Positions 12,299 to 26,754 of a DNA stretch of 64,000 nucleotides are shown piece by piece. A program made the translations under genes and the position numbers. The notes under the pieces are model-generated. The model had not been told where the DNA came from, did no database searches, and worked only from the letters and a program-made list of their open reading frames with translations. Origin of the DNA: Balanoglossus misakiensis (taxonomy: Eukaryota; Animalia; Hemichordata); assembly GCA_040954595.2 (NCBI GenBank), contig CM082595.2, forward strand, positions 643,690 through 707,689, written 5' to 3'. Numbering within the stretch: the first letter of the stretch is position 1; each line of letters opens with the position of its first letter.

Positions 12299-15200
12299 AA
12301 AGTGGATGACCTGAATGAGAATGAATAAACAGAACATGAATCACAAATGAAACAACTATATATAGTAGAAATTTCATCACCAAAGAATGAATTTATTTGT
12401 CTTCTCAGAATTTGACAACAGATATTTAATGAAATCTTGGCGTATTTTGTTAGTTGACCCGGAATTAGCAAAGCAAAATAGATGGTCACAGTACATGTAA
12501 TGATAATTGTTCTACTGTATACAGATCTGAAATATTAGAAATGTCTGTTCAATTGAAAGAAACCTAACTTTCAACTGAAGTGATCTGGCAAAGCATGATG
12601 TTATATTTTATTTTACCGTGATTACACAGCTACAAAATAGTGTGATTTTAAAGTAGAAACTTCATAATTGTAATCATACAAGTTTAAAGATTACTGTGTC
12701 CAGAAAATGGCCCGCTCATTGCCAGCATTTAACAAAATGGAGTTTACTCTACGTACGTTACAGAATTATGTATTTTTCAGTGATTTATGATCGCAAATGC
12801 ATACAGATTAGTTTAATATTTCTTTTTAAAATTTATTTTTGTACAAGAATATGCACTAGGTAAGATAGTTTTAGATAAACTGGAAAGTTGATGGAAAAAT
12901 CAGGAGAAATTGAAATTGGCAGTGAGCGAGTTATTGATGAAGATAAAGTTGTTTTGAGATGAACTTTGTAATTAGGAGTTTTCATGTCTTTTCATGAGTA
13001 AATTCACATGTATCATGGATCAACTTTGGCAATGCAAGCATCATATCAATCTTCTAAATTTGAAAACACTTTTACGACCAAGATTTGACAGCTGTGAGTT
13101 ATTTGCATGGTACAATGATTTGACAGCAAAACAGCCAGAGTGGTATACAGAAGTGTCAAGGTTGATTTTGGCCAGAAATGCAAAACAACAAACTCAGCTT
13201 CAAATCTTGGTGACAGTGAGTGTATTATCAACTTATTTAAACTATATGTCAATGATATATATTGCATGCAGAAACCTTATTAATCATGCATACTTATTAA
13301 TTATCAAAATATTGAGTGAATTATTTATGTGCAATGCAGATATGTGCTAACTATGGAGTATTTTTAACAGTATTATATAGAGAACATTACATATTGTAGG
13401 GAATATCTAAGTAATTATTGGGACTGTGACAATACCTATTTGCAAACAGGGATAACCAGAATTTTGCATTTGAGTGACGAAAATGTGTGAATATTTGGTT
13501 CTGTTTGAAATATCTTGCTGCAGGAAATCAAAGTTGAGTATATTTATGAAGGATTGTTACCGGTTTTGAAATGTTTTTAACTGTCCCAGACAGCTGGATT
13601 CGATTTGCTCGATCAGGAATTAATTTAGGCATTGTTTTGAAGTGAGCTGATGTTGTTGAGAAAGCTGATATCAAAACTTGTTCGTCCTGTGAAGGGAGAT
13701 GACCAGTTACACGCAAGATTGGTTTTAAAACCAGGGAGACTCTCCCTTCAGTGTGATGCTTTCCCATGGGCTGAAATCGTTAACAGTGTCTCTTTCTCTC
13801 TATCAGTAACCAATGAAAATGATTCTTGTGTGAAGGGAAGTTTTCCTGGTTGGACTTGCAGGTACAAGTTATGAAATTTGTGAGCTTGTCAGATGTTATT
13901 CAGTCATGTTAAAATTCTGTTGACAGTTTAGGCATTAACAAGTGAAAACCTTCTAACCTGTGCAATGTTCATTGGACCATTACTACCCCTAGCCTTTACC
14001 CCAAACTCTGCCAGATGTTTAGGAACATGAGATGTAAGACTATCATCACAGAGAATCTCGACTCATGGGGACATATGTAACATAGAGACTCATTACATGA
14101 ATAACCTCAAAATGTAAAAGAAACAGATATACGTTTAGTGCAATATATATTTTGTGTATTCTTCCCAATATTTAGCTCTCGCACATCCAGGTAGCAATGC
14201 AGGTTCATTGGACTTTTCTAGTAGAATTTAAATGAAGCTATTCAGAAAATTGATTGCTTCTTCCTGATACGATTGTTAATATAGTTATTCAATGAGTTTT
14301 TAGCGATCAGGCTATGCAGTATAACTATGAGTGCATGTAAAAAATTCTATCCAGTTGAGTTAGCTGTACATCAGTTTCATCATATATAATCTTTCAATAT
14401 TATAATGAAAATTAAGTAATTCTTACAAATTCTAAGTTTTTAGCATCAGGCTAGTGATATTTTGTTTGCAAGACTTGAATACTAATTACTTATTTACATA
14501 GCATTAAATGGAGTAGGTGAGACAGAGATTTAATGATTATGAAGGATATAAATAGATGAAATGTTTTAATAATCTGTTATTTTTAAACTTCTGTGTATGC
14601 TGCAATGAAATATATACATTGTACATCTGTAAGTTTGCATCTAGCTCAACAGCAAAGACACGATTGTTGAAACTATCACACGTCTTTTCAATGTCTTAGA
14701 ATCGTAATGAATTAATCTATCAAATATTAATTTGAGACTTATCACAAACTTCTTGCTAAAAGCAGTTGTACAAAATAGCTTATGAGACAATGAGCATGAG
14801 TTTTGAAATGGTTGAGTTTGATACATGACATTTCAACTATCAAAGCCATGCTAACATCGCTACCAATCTGACATCAGTGTCAAAAGCATATGCACATAAA
14901 TGTATTCCAAACTATCGCCGTAAATTAATAATCCTAGGCCATTAGCCTGTTAAACAATGTATTTGATCAAACTTGATTGATGTATTAGACATATTTAACA
15001 AATTATAGAAAGAATGTCTATGAAAAGTAAATTTGAATGCCTGGTAAAAAGTTTCAGTATAAATTAAACAATGTTAGGTTGACCAACACTTAGATAATTA
15101 GATGGTGCAGAGGTGTCCGTCATAATGAACATGCATCGCTACCTTATTCCCTGATAATCACCCCTTCTTACCCCATCCCCAGCTATTAAATGGATGTCAC

Positions 15201-16594
15201 AGTCTGTTTTGAATAATTGGTAGTTTGCACAAAATTCTTTGAAGTGGGAACTGGTGGTCTTGTTATGCAAGGATTGATTCTGTATCTTATTTTTTTTTCC
15301 ATGGAATTTAAACGCGGTAAAATTGCTGTGAGCCAAATTTGACAAAAATGGCTTCTGACTTGTCTGGAGTGAAAAATGAAACTGGTCGGCCGTGGAAACC
15401 ATGATGAATGACAAATTTGAAAATCTTACCATTTACAATGTCAACTTATGATAGTCTAGAAATGTAGATATGATTAACTTTGCCTTTACGCACACTTACC
15501 CAAATATGGTCAAACTTTGTTTCCCAATTGTTGTACATGTCCAGAGTTTTGATGTGGATATCTAAATTAGCTTAGGCCTACAGAGGACAATATAATGGGA
15601 TATATCAAGCCTGGTCTGTACCTTGCAGAGTGCTGTCAATGTAACTCTATTGTCCTGTTGGCCATTTTGTTTTATATATTTTGTGATGTAAATATTTATA
15701 TTTGTGTTTAAACATGCAATGGAAATTTTATTGTGCTAGAAGGATGACAGTTTGTTCAAGGGAACTTGTTCATTATGTGGAGTCTTTAGTATTTTGTAAC
15801 AAATAGCCGTGTCTGGCAGATGATCTGGTTGTTACATACACGTCACTGGAAAGTATAGACGATATTGTCTACGATTGAAGGAACCTGTGATTTGGATTAT
15901 TACCATTTTGAAAACTTGATTTATGTAGACTTAGGAATTACAGCTGTGTTCCACTTAACCAATATGACATGCCTTTTGTATATTTTTGTCAGATCTTTTC
16001 ATGATGCAAGAGTGATCAGTTTTTTTTTTTGGTACATGTACTTGTAATGATGTAGATAGGTGCAAAGAAAACTTCATTCTGCACCCAAAGCCAAAAATCA
16101 TAACACTTCTTCTCGTAGAAATTCTCCAAAGCAGACGTAAAATATTTTTGTAAAGATTTATTCATTTTGATATGAAGCATTTATGGACCTAGTCATTCTT
16201 GAGTGGCTGTGTTGATAACAACCAGATCATCTGCCGGTTAGGATATCACAATTAAGAAATGGAAAAAAGAGAAATTTTGCATCAGGTCAAAAATATACAT
16301 CTCTGATGATATCAGAGGGCAGATTTATTTTATTTTAATTAAAGCCTGACATGTTTATGCAATGTTTTTATTTATTAATGTTTTTGTTAAACCAGGAGAT
16401 ATGAACTGCTTACGCGAGGTAACTTTTGACATTGAAAAAGTGAAATTATCCATTGGTTATGTAATGGCAAATTAATTCTACTAAAATGTATAGTTGAATT
16501 TGGTCAACCAATAGACTTGTCCATCAAGGCCACTTTCCATGATCCCTCATGAGAGGAATCAAGCGACAAGTGTCAAGCTTATTCATATTTCACT

Positions 16595-16688
16595 TTAACC
16601 CTTTCAACCCCCCAAACTTTGGTTTAGCCCAGTTGTTTTAATGACTTGGGTGAACCCATTCACAGGGAAGTAGGGGTGACAGGGTTAA
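16595..16688. mobile_element. Diverged MITE copy with both TTAA flanks (putative KIF1 3' UTR)
   Basis: ttaaccctttcaacc...ggggtgacagggttaa. Confidence 0.65.
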
Positions 16689-17790
16689 AAAGCATTGTGT
16701 CATTTACTATGCATGACTCAATCTTTTTTGTGACATTTTGTCTATGTACATAATTCCTGTTGTTTTTGTAAGACAGGTATTTGTTATCACACGTGCATGT
16801 TTTATTGTTCAAAAAAAAGCCTTTCATTTCAGTGCTCAGCTTCATTCTTTTTAAAAAGCAGTTTACTTTCTTTAGAAATCAGTTTCCTGTTCAAAAAGAC
16901 ATCTCATGACAAATGCAATGCTTTGCTCAGGTCATGGTTTGTTCCTCAGTTCGGATTTTCTGATAATTTTGGTCTCAAATATTTCATTTACATAAAGAAG
17001 AATCCCATTTCCAGCTACTCTGTTTCACAAAAAATGTCTGTTAACAAAATAAATCTATATATATACTTTTCCTCGCAAGCAAGGACATTTTGCGCTTTAT
17101 TGCTTCAAAACACAATTGTAATGATAAACTTGAACTTCACATGACTTCATGACCCTCTTTTCATCATCATGATACGATCCAAGCTCATTGTCTTCAATGA
17201 TGTACTTGGACTGTACACTTGAAGGGGGGAGGTCTTTAGAAGGCATCAGTGTCTAAACTACAGTCTTATGTGTCATGTGAAAAAAATACTTGTTTTTAAA
17301 CCTTGAATAGATGTCTGTCATCCTGGCTTGGTTGGCGAATAGGCCCTAAATGTAGCTTGGTTTTAGACAGCAGTGTGTACAGCTTTTAGAATATCCTACA
17401 TGTTCACTTAGTGAGAAATTACAACCTTGAAAAAAAATCAATGTTCTTTCTGTCCGAGAAATATCCTATAAATACTTATCATATATTCTGTAAAGCTCAT
17501 ACCGATACTGTTGTAGAATAATATTTTGTAGATGGGGAACACTTTACGGATAATGGAAAGATGTTATCGATGTAATGCCCTTTTGCTGAAAGATTATTCA
17601 AAGCCTGGGAACATAAGTGTGGCCATTCAGAAATGTTCTTTGCTAGGTTTTGCTTTTTAGTAATCGAATTTAGAGTTACATTACGACCCATTAAGATGTA
17701 ATATAGTTATATATCTTTACTAGAGAATGACTAATTTTCAGCTGCAACTTAGTTCAAGACTGCCAAAGTAGTTGTTGATTTTTCTCTGTG

Positions 17791-17919
17791 GATGCTTTGG
17801 CAGATGAAATCCCAGCAGATGTTTGGACAGATTGAATTTTAACAGATGCTTTTGCAGATGGAATATCAACAGATGTTTGGGCAGATGAAATCTCAAGAGA
17901 TGCTTTGGCAGATGAAATT
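17791..17919. repeat. Degenerate ~27-bp minisatellite (gatgctttggcagatgaaatc...), about 5 copies
   Basis: Recurring gatg(c/t)tt(t/g)ggcagatg(a/g)aat core at ~27-nt period. Confidence 0.75.
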
Positions 17920-18568
17920 GTTCTGATGTTGTAGCCTTTGCAGCCTATGTTAGAAGTATCGCATGCTCTTTATCTGTGTGAAGCTGTCTTGTGCATTAAT
18001 TTGAAAGCAAAGAAATAAAACATGCATCCTGAAAAGGCACTTGTTCTATGCTTCTTTTATTGTATCGGTTGAAAGTGGAAATGTTTGATCTGAGGATTGA
18101 CAAAATTTACGTATGAAATGACAACAATTATGCAAACACACACTTTTGCAGAAAAATGTCCCTATTTCATATGGACCATAATTTTATCATGGTTGTTATG
18201 CTATTTCAGCAAGAAGTGTTTGGAGTGAAGCCCTAGCAACCAACTTTTCAACATGGATTGAATCCAGGTTTGAAATTCAGCAGAACACGTACAACATGAA
18301 AACAACCAATATTTAATATGTGAAAAGATAGCAACAAAATCCAATGTACATAGCTAATTTAGAATAAAGATTTATTCAAATACTTGACATTGGTTTAGAA
18401 TATTTATTAAAGTCTCAAGCGATATCACAAGTGCAGTACCCTAGAAGCAAATTTGTTTTCTTCTGTGGCACCAGGACAAGCAATATTTTTCACAATTGGC
18501 TGGCAACATTTTTTCCCTGAAAATCCCCGGCAACTCCCGGATATCAAGTGGTCGATCCCTTAACTGTT

Positions 18569-18641
18569 TGAGTCACGTGAGCCGAGTCACACATCTGACC
18601 TAGGTTAACGAACTTTGACCTATCTGTTCAGTCACGTGACT
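18569..18641. promoter_or_regulatory. PGD proximal promoter: two E-boxes (agtcacgtga 18571-18580; perfect gtcacgtgac 18631-18640) and an ARE-like element (minus strand GTGACTCGGC, 18581-18590)
   Basis: Motif matches 90-160 bp upstream of the PGD ATG; binding is inferred, not shown. Confidence 0.5.
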
Positions 18642-18726
18642 ACTGGTGCGTGAATCTGCAGCCTTGGCACATAGCTGGTTGGCATCACCGTATCTACTGC
18701 TACTCGTTCGACTACCAGACGACACA

Positions 18727-21700
18727 ATGGCCGTGTAAGTAGGATTTATTGTTCGAAATATAATATTTTAACTCAGGAGGCTTTCAGCCATTTAAGTCCG
18801 GGTGCTAGCAAAAAATAACAAAGTGCTTAATGTTTAATTATACGGACCAGAAGCATGACAACTCTGGTCTGGGCAACGTCAATTTCGAAAATTCGACGGG
18901 CGCAGGCCGCGGTCGTGGGTCAATTGGGTCAAGCCTACATCGTGTGACTAACTGTTGGAGTAACTGGAAAGTTCCAAAATGACTTGTAGAACAGTACAGT
19001 ATCAGTGTTACGAAAACTTGCTGAGAGTTGCCGCTAGGAAAACTGGTAATGATGAGAAAGTGGGCGGGGTTGCAATATACATTTTGACTTCCTCGTGCTT
19101 GTCTCCCTGACATGTCTTGAACTCGTAACCATTCGCTGGTCAGGTGGGAATCACTGGATCATTATGCAACGAAGATGATTCGAGTTTATCGAACGATACT
19201 TATGATAGTGTGTCTTTACGTAGTTTCCAACAGACTATCTGAAATGCAAGTCTCCGAATGTGCAAGTTCATTTCACGTCTATGGGCGCACACGATCAGGG
19301 GGCGCCACTCTATGCTAATTGTCTGGTACCAGACATGACGCATCATATTTCAATTGCAACACCTCCAAGCCTCAAATCTAGCTGAAAGGGACTGCTGTTT
19401 GGTTCATACTTATGATTAAATGTGTCCTTTGAATATAAACTTACCATATCTGTATAGAAGAAGATAGTTTTGAAATGTGAAGAGAAATTTTGCTGCAAGA
19501 CATTGTCTGAAGACTGCAGGGTATGTAGTCAGGCAGGGACGTCCCCCTGAGAGTGAATGGTCAATACATATGTATGTAAAACTACATCTACACAAACAAT
19601 AATTACTTCCTCAAGAAATGTAATGTTACCTGAACACTTTAAGAAGTGTAAATTTATTTAATGTTGATCAGCTGAAGAGGTGGTGGTTTCAACCTGCTGT
19701 ATGTAGTGCTTCATGACAAACCCCCCTCAACACGCAGGCTGATCAGTGAAAGTAACCCCAGATCGATAGTAAATCCTGGACGTTTACCACCATTTAAAGA
19801 AAACATAGGGTCAGAATTAGGGCATGTGTTGGGATTGTGAATATCCAGAAAGTATTGAATATTCCCAGAACCCCATATTTACAGGATTTGCCAGTATGTG
19901 AAACATCTAAAATTACTATGGCCAATTACAAGTACTTTTTCTTTTCTTTTTCAGGGCTGACATTGGACTGATCGGTTTGGCTGTCATGGTACGATTTTCT
20001 AGAATTGTTTTATTTTTCTTGCAAAATATGTTAAAAAAGAAATGCTTATTTTGTTTTAATCTTTTCAAATCATCTCTTGAATCTCTTTACTATACCAAAG
20101 AACAGATTTAAGGAACTTTATATTTAGTGAAAAACTTTTGTCTTGTATACATGTTCCGCTGAAACATTTATTTACAATGTTGTGTATATTAACAGACTGT
20201 TTTACTGTCTTGTTGCAGGGCCAGAACCTGATCCTTAATATGAATGATCATGGATTTGTGGTAATTATTCCATTCATTCAGATTTAAGGACAGTAGCTTT
20301 TAAAACTTCAATATTCTCAGCTTTTTCTTCCTTCGTTAGAAAACATCTCAAAGTACTATAAATTGCTCTCATATCTCTTTTGTTTGTACCAGGTCTGTGC
20401 ATATAATCGAACAGTTGAAAAAGTGGACCGCTTCTTAGCCAATGAAGCAAAGGGTACCAAAATTGTTGGTGCTCATTCTTTGGAAGAAATGGTTTCCAAA
20501 CTGAAAAAGCCACGTCGTGTGATGATGTTGGTGAAAGCTGGACAGGCAGTCGATGCTTTCATTGACAAACTGGTAAGTTCTAACAGGTGGCACAGTGAAT
20601 GTTATACACATGATCCTAGACTGATTTTCACTGGTTAACTTGTTAACAACTGCCAAATGCAAGCTCTTTCACATCTCAAAACACTGACCAGAATTCAACC
20701 AACATGGCAGACGGAAGGTTTATAATTGACTAAAATAACCAGTAACTGTGATGAAAATCAATTGATTTGTTGTAACTTTCACCCTCTTGTAGGTACCACT
20801 TTTGGAAAAAGGTGACATTGTTATTGACGGTGGCAATTCAGAATATACAGACACTCGGGTAAGTAACAAAAAAAATGATTCTAGTGAAAATCAACTCCAA
20901 TTGAAAATAAAGTATTGACCGAACATCCAGATGCATTTCTCAGCTGCATTGACCCTGGCATTGATCATTCCAGTGTCGTGTTTTGTTTGACAGAGACGGT
21001 GTAAGGATCTGGAGGAGAAGGGTTTGTTGTACGTTGGCAGTGGAGTCAGTGGTGGGGAGGATGGAGCTCGATATGGTCCCTCACTTATGCCAGGTGGTGC
21101 CCCTGATGCGTGGTAAGTGGAAGCAAACAGACCAGCAGAGATAAAAAATCACGTCACTTGGAAGAGGAAATGATAATCAAGAGGCACCTCTATATTGTTT
21201 ACAATCAAGGCACAATTGGACTGTAAAGTACAGTCGTATGAGTTCACCCTGAGAGATCAGTATCTGTCGGGTTAGAGGTACAGCTGTACCTTACAGTCTA
21301 AAGGCACAATATGTTTGATTGCAGACAGATTTCTGTTTAATCACACAGGTCTCACATCAAACCCATATTTCAAGGGATCTGTGCCAAGGCAGATGGTGAA
21401 CCATGTTGTGATTGGGTAAGAACAGCCACTCTGTGTGTACCACAGTTTCAAACTTTCACTCTATTATAATTACTTCTAGGTGTTGTGGAGATATCTGCCA
21501 CTTATTCATTCACTATAGCCAAGTATCATCACCCATGACCAAAAATAGTGTTAAAATTGAATCATCAGAGTTCGCCTGAAGATGAAATCTTTGATCTGCC
21601 ATTGCAAGCACTGCAGTAATATTTCCATGATTAGCAGTTCAGCTAGCAATATCTCTTGTAAATCAAACGTGATGATATGGATGTCCTCTAACAGGTTGGA

Positions 21701-23587
21701 GAAGATGGTGCTGGCCACTATGTGAAGATGGTCCACAATGGAATTGAATATGGTGACATGCAACTTATCTGTGAAGCCTATCACCTCATGAAGGATGCAC
21801 TGGGAATGACCCCGGATGAAATGAGTGAGGTCAGTTTCCGGGAGAGGGGAGTGAGATAGCGGGTGGGGGTTGTGATTTTTGCAACAGAGATAGAAGACCT
21901 CACTTTAACCCTTTCGCTGCCAGTTCCCTCTATAGAGGTCCAACTGTACCATAGATATCATTGGTATAAAAATCATCAATCATTTTGTCATTGTAGGTTA
22001 TGTCAGAATGGAACAAAGGTGAACTGGACTCGTTCCTGATTGAAATCTCGGCTGACATTTTGAAGTTCAAGGACACCGATGGTCAACCACTTGTTGAAAA
22101 GATCAGAGATGCTGCAGGACAGGTAATGTGAAATGTGTTACCAGAAATAGTTCATCAGCTACATCATGAACTAATCTAAAGTTGGTTCAGAAAGATTGAT
22201 GTCTGAAATTTGTCCAATATTTTTATCACACAGAAAGGTACTGGAAAATGGACTGCTATTTCTGCTCTGGACTATGGGGTACCAGTAACACTGATTGGTA
22301 AGTTTTAATCCCATTACCAGAAAGGATCACCAATAAGTGACTTGTTCCTCTTGTAGTAGTGAGAAAGCTTTTGTAGTCTCTCTAACTGAGCCACAAGACA
22401 GCTTAACATTCAGGTCTCTAAACTCTTGTTCTTTTGTATTGTAGGAGAGTCTGTCTTTGCAAGATGTCTGTCCGCACTGCAGCCAGAAAGAGTTGAAGCA
22501 AGCAAACAACTGAAAGGACCAGCTAATACAAAATACACTGGAGACAAAAAAGAATTTGTCGAAAGCATTCGCCAGGTATCTCTATTTTTTCACTTTGAAG
22601 TTAGAACAGTAGCATTAGCATTTTCATTGTCGTTCCAAAGGTTAATGATGAGTTTGCTAAAATATTTCTGAATTCATGGTAATGTTACTCTTTGAACAGG
22701 CGCTGTATGCTTCCAAGATTGTGTCGTATGCTCAAGGGTTTATGTTGCTACGTGAAGCAGCGAAGGTCTTCAACTGGAACTTGAATTACGGTGGCATAGC
22801 TTTGATGTGGAGAGGAGGCTGCATCATCAGAAGGTATCAAGAAATCTTTGGTATTACTTGTGGTTTTTAGTTCACTTGTCATTAGGGCAATGAAATAAAT
22901 GCTGGCACCCTGTGTGTACCATTATGCTGTGGACAAAAATTGCCAACATTTGGTATTCATGAAGAGGTCATGAACGATATATTTTCCCTTTCTTGATTTT
23001 CAGTGTGTTTCTTGGAAAGATCAAAGAAGCATTTGACAAGAATCCTCACATCACAAATTTGATTTTGGACGATTTCTTCCACCAAGCCATAGATCGTTGC
23101 CAGGTGAGTGTCTCCAGTTGTTGTTTTCACGATCATGACACGGTCACAAGTCATGAGGAAAACATCCCACTGGACTGTAATTCATGGTTTTATATTTCAT
23201 AACAGGAGAAATGGAGACATGTGGTTGCCACGGCAGTGACACTTGGAGTTCCAACACCTTGTTTTAGCACAGCCTTGGCATTCTATGATGGCTACAGATC
23301 AGCTCGTCTGCCAGCCAATCTCATTCAGGTTAGTTTATTACGTTAGTTACGCCAACCCTATTCCTAAACCTTGATCCTCATTGGTGGGTTTGAATGTCCA
23401 TGGGGGGTAATGCCCAGGGGGTACCCATCTTGATACCATCATAACTCCTGGTTTCATGTCTTCTCAGGCTCAGAGAGATTACTTCGGTGCACATACCTAT
23501 GAACTACTGACAGACCCTGGCAAATTCATTCACACCAACTGGACTGGCCATGGTGGAAGTGTCTCGTCAACCACATATCAAGCTTAA
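18727..23587 (+). CDS. PGD: 6-phosphogluconate dehydrogenase, decarboxylating (complete, 15 coding exons)
   Basis: Exons 18727-18734, 19955-19988, 20219-20260, 20393-20572, 20793-20858, 20994-21112, 21349-21415, 21695-21829, 21997-22122, 22234-22297, 22445-22575, 22700-22833, 23004-23103, 23206-23328, 23468-23587. [18 protein letters not shown] (NADP-binding), [54 protein letters not shown] at 24095-24100. Confidence 0.98.
21905..21964. mobile_element. Truncated MITE copy (PGD intron)
   Basis: ttaaccctttcgctgccagttccctctatagaggtccaactgtaccatag. Confidence 0.65.
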
Positions 23588-24722
23588 ATTTATGTATTGG
23601 ACATCGCAGATACTTTTAAGCTGAACTCAATTACTGTAGACTTCTCAAATCACGAAAGACATATTTTGTATAGCTTGGGAAAGGTATTGTCTGTATCATA
23701 AAGATCAGATCTTTTTTTCTTGCCAAAGATCTATGTATTGAAAGAAATTTATGTTTGAAATTGTAGATGAGCCTTTGAATTACTGATGAAATTCTGCTTG
23801 ACACTTTGAAGTGTCTTATTCTCTAGTTTCACCTGGTCATTTTTTATAAAGACGGTTAAAATTCAAAATACTTTACAAGCACATCACTATTGCAAGTTTA
23901 TTGAGACAGTTGGGTTTTCAGCATTTCAAGCTCTTAAGTTCTATGCATTATTTACTTTCTACTTCCCATTGTTTTTGACAGAGACTATATTTACCAACAA
24001 AAATGTGGGGTTGTACTTTAGTACAAGGTCATGTGCACTTTAATACTCAATGTAGCCTTTCTTTCAAGGTCAAAGATCAATATCAAATTAGAAGAATAAA
24101 CTGGCAAATATATACAAGAGGGATTTTGTACATCTAGAAGTCATTTTTCTGATAAGACAATGCACGAAATTGCAAGAATACTGTTGTAGCCTTCTGTATT
24201 GTTTGCTTTCTTTTATAAAAGAGAGCTGCACGGACCTGACCAATAAATATATATATTGAACCACCAAAAAGGACGTTGACTTTTACCATAGTTTGGCCTT
24301 GCATGGGAAAGTATTTCTTAAACAAAAGTCACGTGTCATGCCTGACTTTCCTTTTCTACATTGTAAATCCAAACGACCAACATAGCAGGTAAATAACTTC
24401 CAAAGGCCATTGTTACTTCACGTGCATGTGAACGTGTACAGAAAAAAAGATGACGTAAAACAACAATAGCTGGCTGAAAAGAATAAACCATTCACTAAAC
24501 GCTTTCAAAGTTGATCTGGTTAGGGACGAGTCAGATCATTACAGATGGGCGCTTTGCACTAAAATATTATAGAAATACTTGTGATTTTTCTTCTGTATTC
24601 ATTTTCTACTGGCGGACTTGATGAAACCTCAACATTCTAGTCTTCCCTGCTGCAAAACGCAAAGTTTATACCAGTCCTTCAAACTTATTGAGACCACTCG
24701 CTCTATCAATTGTTCCGGCCCT

Positions 24723-24777
24723 GTCACGTGAAAGTGTCCTCTAAACACGCGATACCCTGTTCAATAGTAGTATAAAA
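24723..24777 (+). promoter_or_regulatory. Promoter of first ApoD-like gene: E-box gtcacgtga (24723) and TATA box tataaaa (24771-24777)
   Basis: TATAAAA about 70 nt upstream of ATG 24844. Confidence 0.55.
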
Positions 24778-24843
24778 GATCGTTCGGAGGTGAATAACTT
24801 TCCATAGCACCGATCAAGTTGAGGACGACCAGACGTAGACATC

Positions 24844-26289
24844 ATGGCTTATTCGATCCTGACCAGTTTGGTTCTCGTACTCTGCGTGGTTTACAATGTC
24901 GATGGCCAGAAGTTCAGCTTCGGCAGGTGCAAGCAACCCAAATTAAAAGAAAACTTCGATATCGACCAGTATCTGGGCACTTGGTACGAAATTATGAGGA
25001 TCCCGACAAGTTTTGAGAAAGGACTGAAGTGTGGTACTGCCACTTATTCGCTGAAAGACAACGGACATATCCGAGTTCACAACCAAGGGATAAAAATATC
25101 AAGAAACGCAGCAGATGATGACGTTGTTGGAGATGCTTATGCACCTGACAGAAATCAACCAGCTAAACTCAAAGTCAAGTTTTCTTGGTGTAAGTATAAG
25201 TTTGTTCTTTGCTTTTGAGCTCCGAAACAGGTCTGCGCGTACGCGACTGTGTTTGACTGGTGGGGCGGTGCAGCCAAAGTCGGACACTTTCGCCACACTC
25301 AGGGCTAACTTTGACAAACAGACAGGTGGACAAGCAGATTGGTTTCTGAACTGGCAGGTCTTTACTTGTAAAAAGATTCCTAAACCAAACATCGTCAAAA
25401 GTCTCATTTCAGCTAGTGAAGATTCTTGTCTCCTTCACTCTTATATGGTTATGTTTGGATACTCTCATATGTGAAATGGTAGTTTATGGCCAGGCCTGGT
25501 TTATGGCTATGTGTGCCAGGCACGGAGCTTGAGGTTACACAACCATGCACCATTGTGTTTCCAGCTTCTATTATGACGTCAAACAACTAACCAGAATGGA
25601 AAATAACCTTGCATTGTTACTCATATATGCACCACTGGTCGATGCAAGTCATGATTGTCATAATTGATTTTATACCACAGAGATTAAAAGCTAATGGATA
25701 ACCAGGTATATCGGCCTAATTGTCAGAACTGGTCAATCTGGTAATAACATAAAAAGACAAACTAAATTAAACAAAAACACTTCAGAACTCAGAAGGCAAG
25801 TTTCTGGACTTGAGATGTAAAGATGTATATGAACTAACTGAGGAAGCAACTTTCTACCCGACCACAAACTGAGTCTGAAGTTACAACAAGCCTCATACGG
25901 GACGTGGGTAGTGAGTGAATCAACAGGTGGTCGGTGTAGTTTGATGGAAGACGACGTCGACACTGGAAAACCTAGTACTGTGATAAAGTATGCAAGTATT
26001 TCTGCTTTGGTTAATTCATCGTCTTTTTTCTTCTTCAACAGGGCAGCCAAGAGGTGATTACTTGGTGGTCGATACCGATTACTCATCGTACTCTGTTGTC
26101 TATTCCTGTACTGGTATCTTTGGATTCTTGAAGATGGAGTACGCGTGGGTATTGGCCAGAGAACGTCAACCAGATGAAGTCTTCCGTACTGCTGTGCAGT
26201 CAGTGTTTGACAGAATGAAATCTTCTGGCATTGACACGCGTTCTATCGTTGTCACAGACCAAACTGGATGTGAAGCTCTAGATGATTAA
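24844..26289 (+). CDS. APOD-like: Apolipoprotein D-like lipocalin, copy 1 (exons 24844-25189, 26042-26289)
   Basis: Signal peptide, GRC..P...NFDIDQYLGTWYEI (lipocalin SCR1 GxWY), DYLVVDTDYSSYSVVYSC (SCR2), AWVLARE (SCR3), terminal TDQTGC; phase-1 GT-AG intron. Confidence 0.92.
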
Positions 26290-26754
26290 AAGCAACAGCC
26301 ATGCAAGAATGCTAATATCGACAAATGAACTGGTCTCTCATTCTTGGACTTGTTTATATTGCATGACAACTTTCTTTTTATAAAACAGGTTTCGTCTGTG
26401 ATTTATTTTACTTCATGTAATGTGTTTATTTAACTTCAGTTTATTATTAAAATACACATATAGTGTCAAACCAAGAAAGTTTGTCTTGATTTGCAAACAG
26501 TTTTTTTTTTTTCGCAAAGAAAACCGAAAGCTAGGACTCGACTGCATCCCATATAGCAAGTGGACCAGTTTCCGAACTCGTATCTCCCAGACACACGTTG
26601 GGAGATATGATGAGCTGTTGTTTATCCGTGGAGGTCATTACCCTGATTGTAGGTATGTGTTAAACAAAGCAAACTGATGATGATGCACCTGTGAACTTTG
26701 AAAGCTTTTAATATGCAATCCGGGTTCTTTGTCCACATCTTCAAACCTTACATC

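Larger units (their letters stand above)
12299..18040 (+). other. Probable long KIF1 3' UTR, possibly ending after AATAAA at 18014-18019
   Basis: No credible exons between the KIF1 stop and the PGD promoter; AU-rich; AATAAA followed by T-rich sequence. Earlier polyA signals also exist, so the true end is uncertain. Confidence 0.45.

Noticed and set aside
17791-17919. Repeat-spacer array
   Set aside because: The variable parts are only a few nucleotides and related to each other; ordinary degenerate minisatellite.
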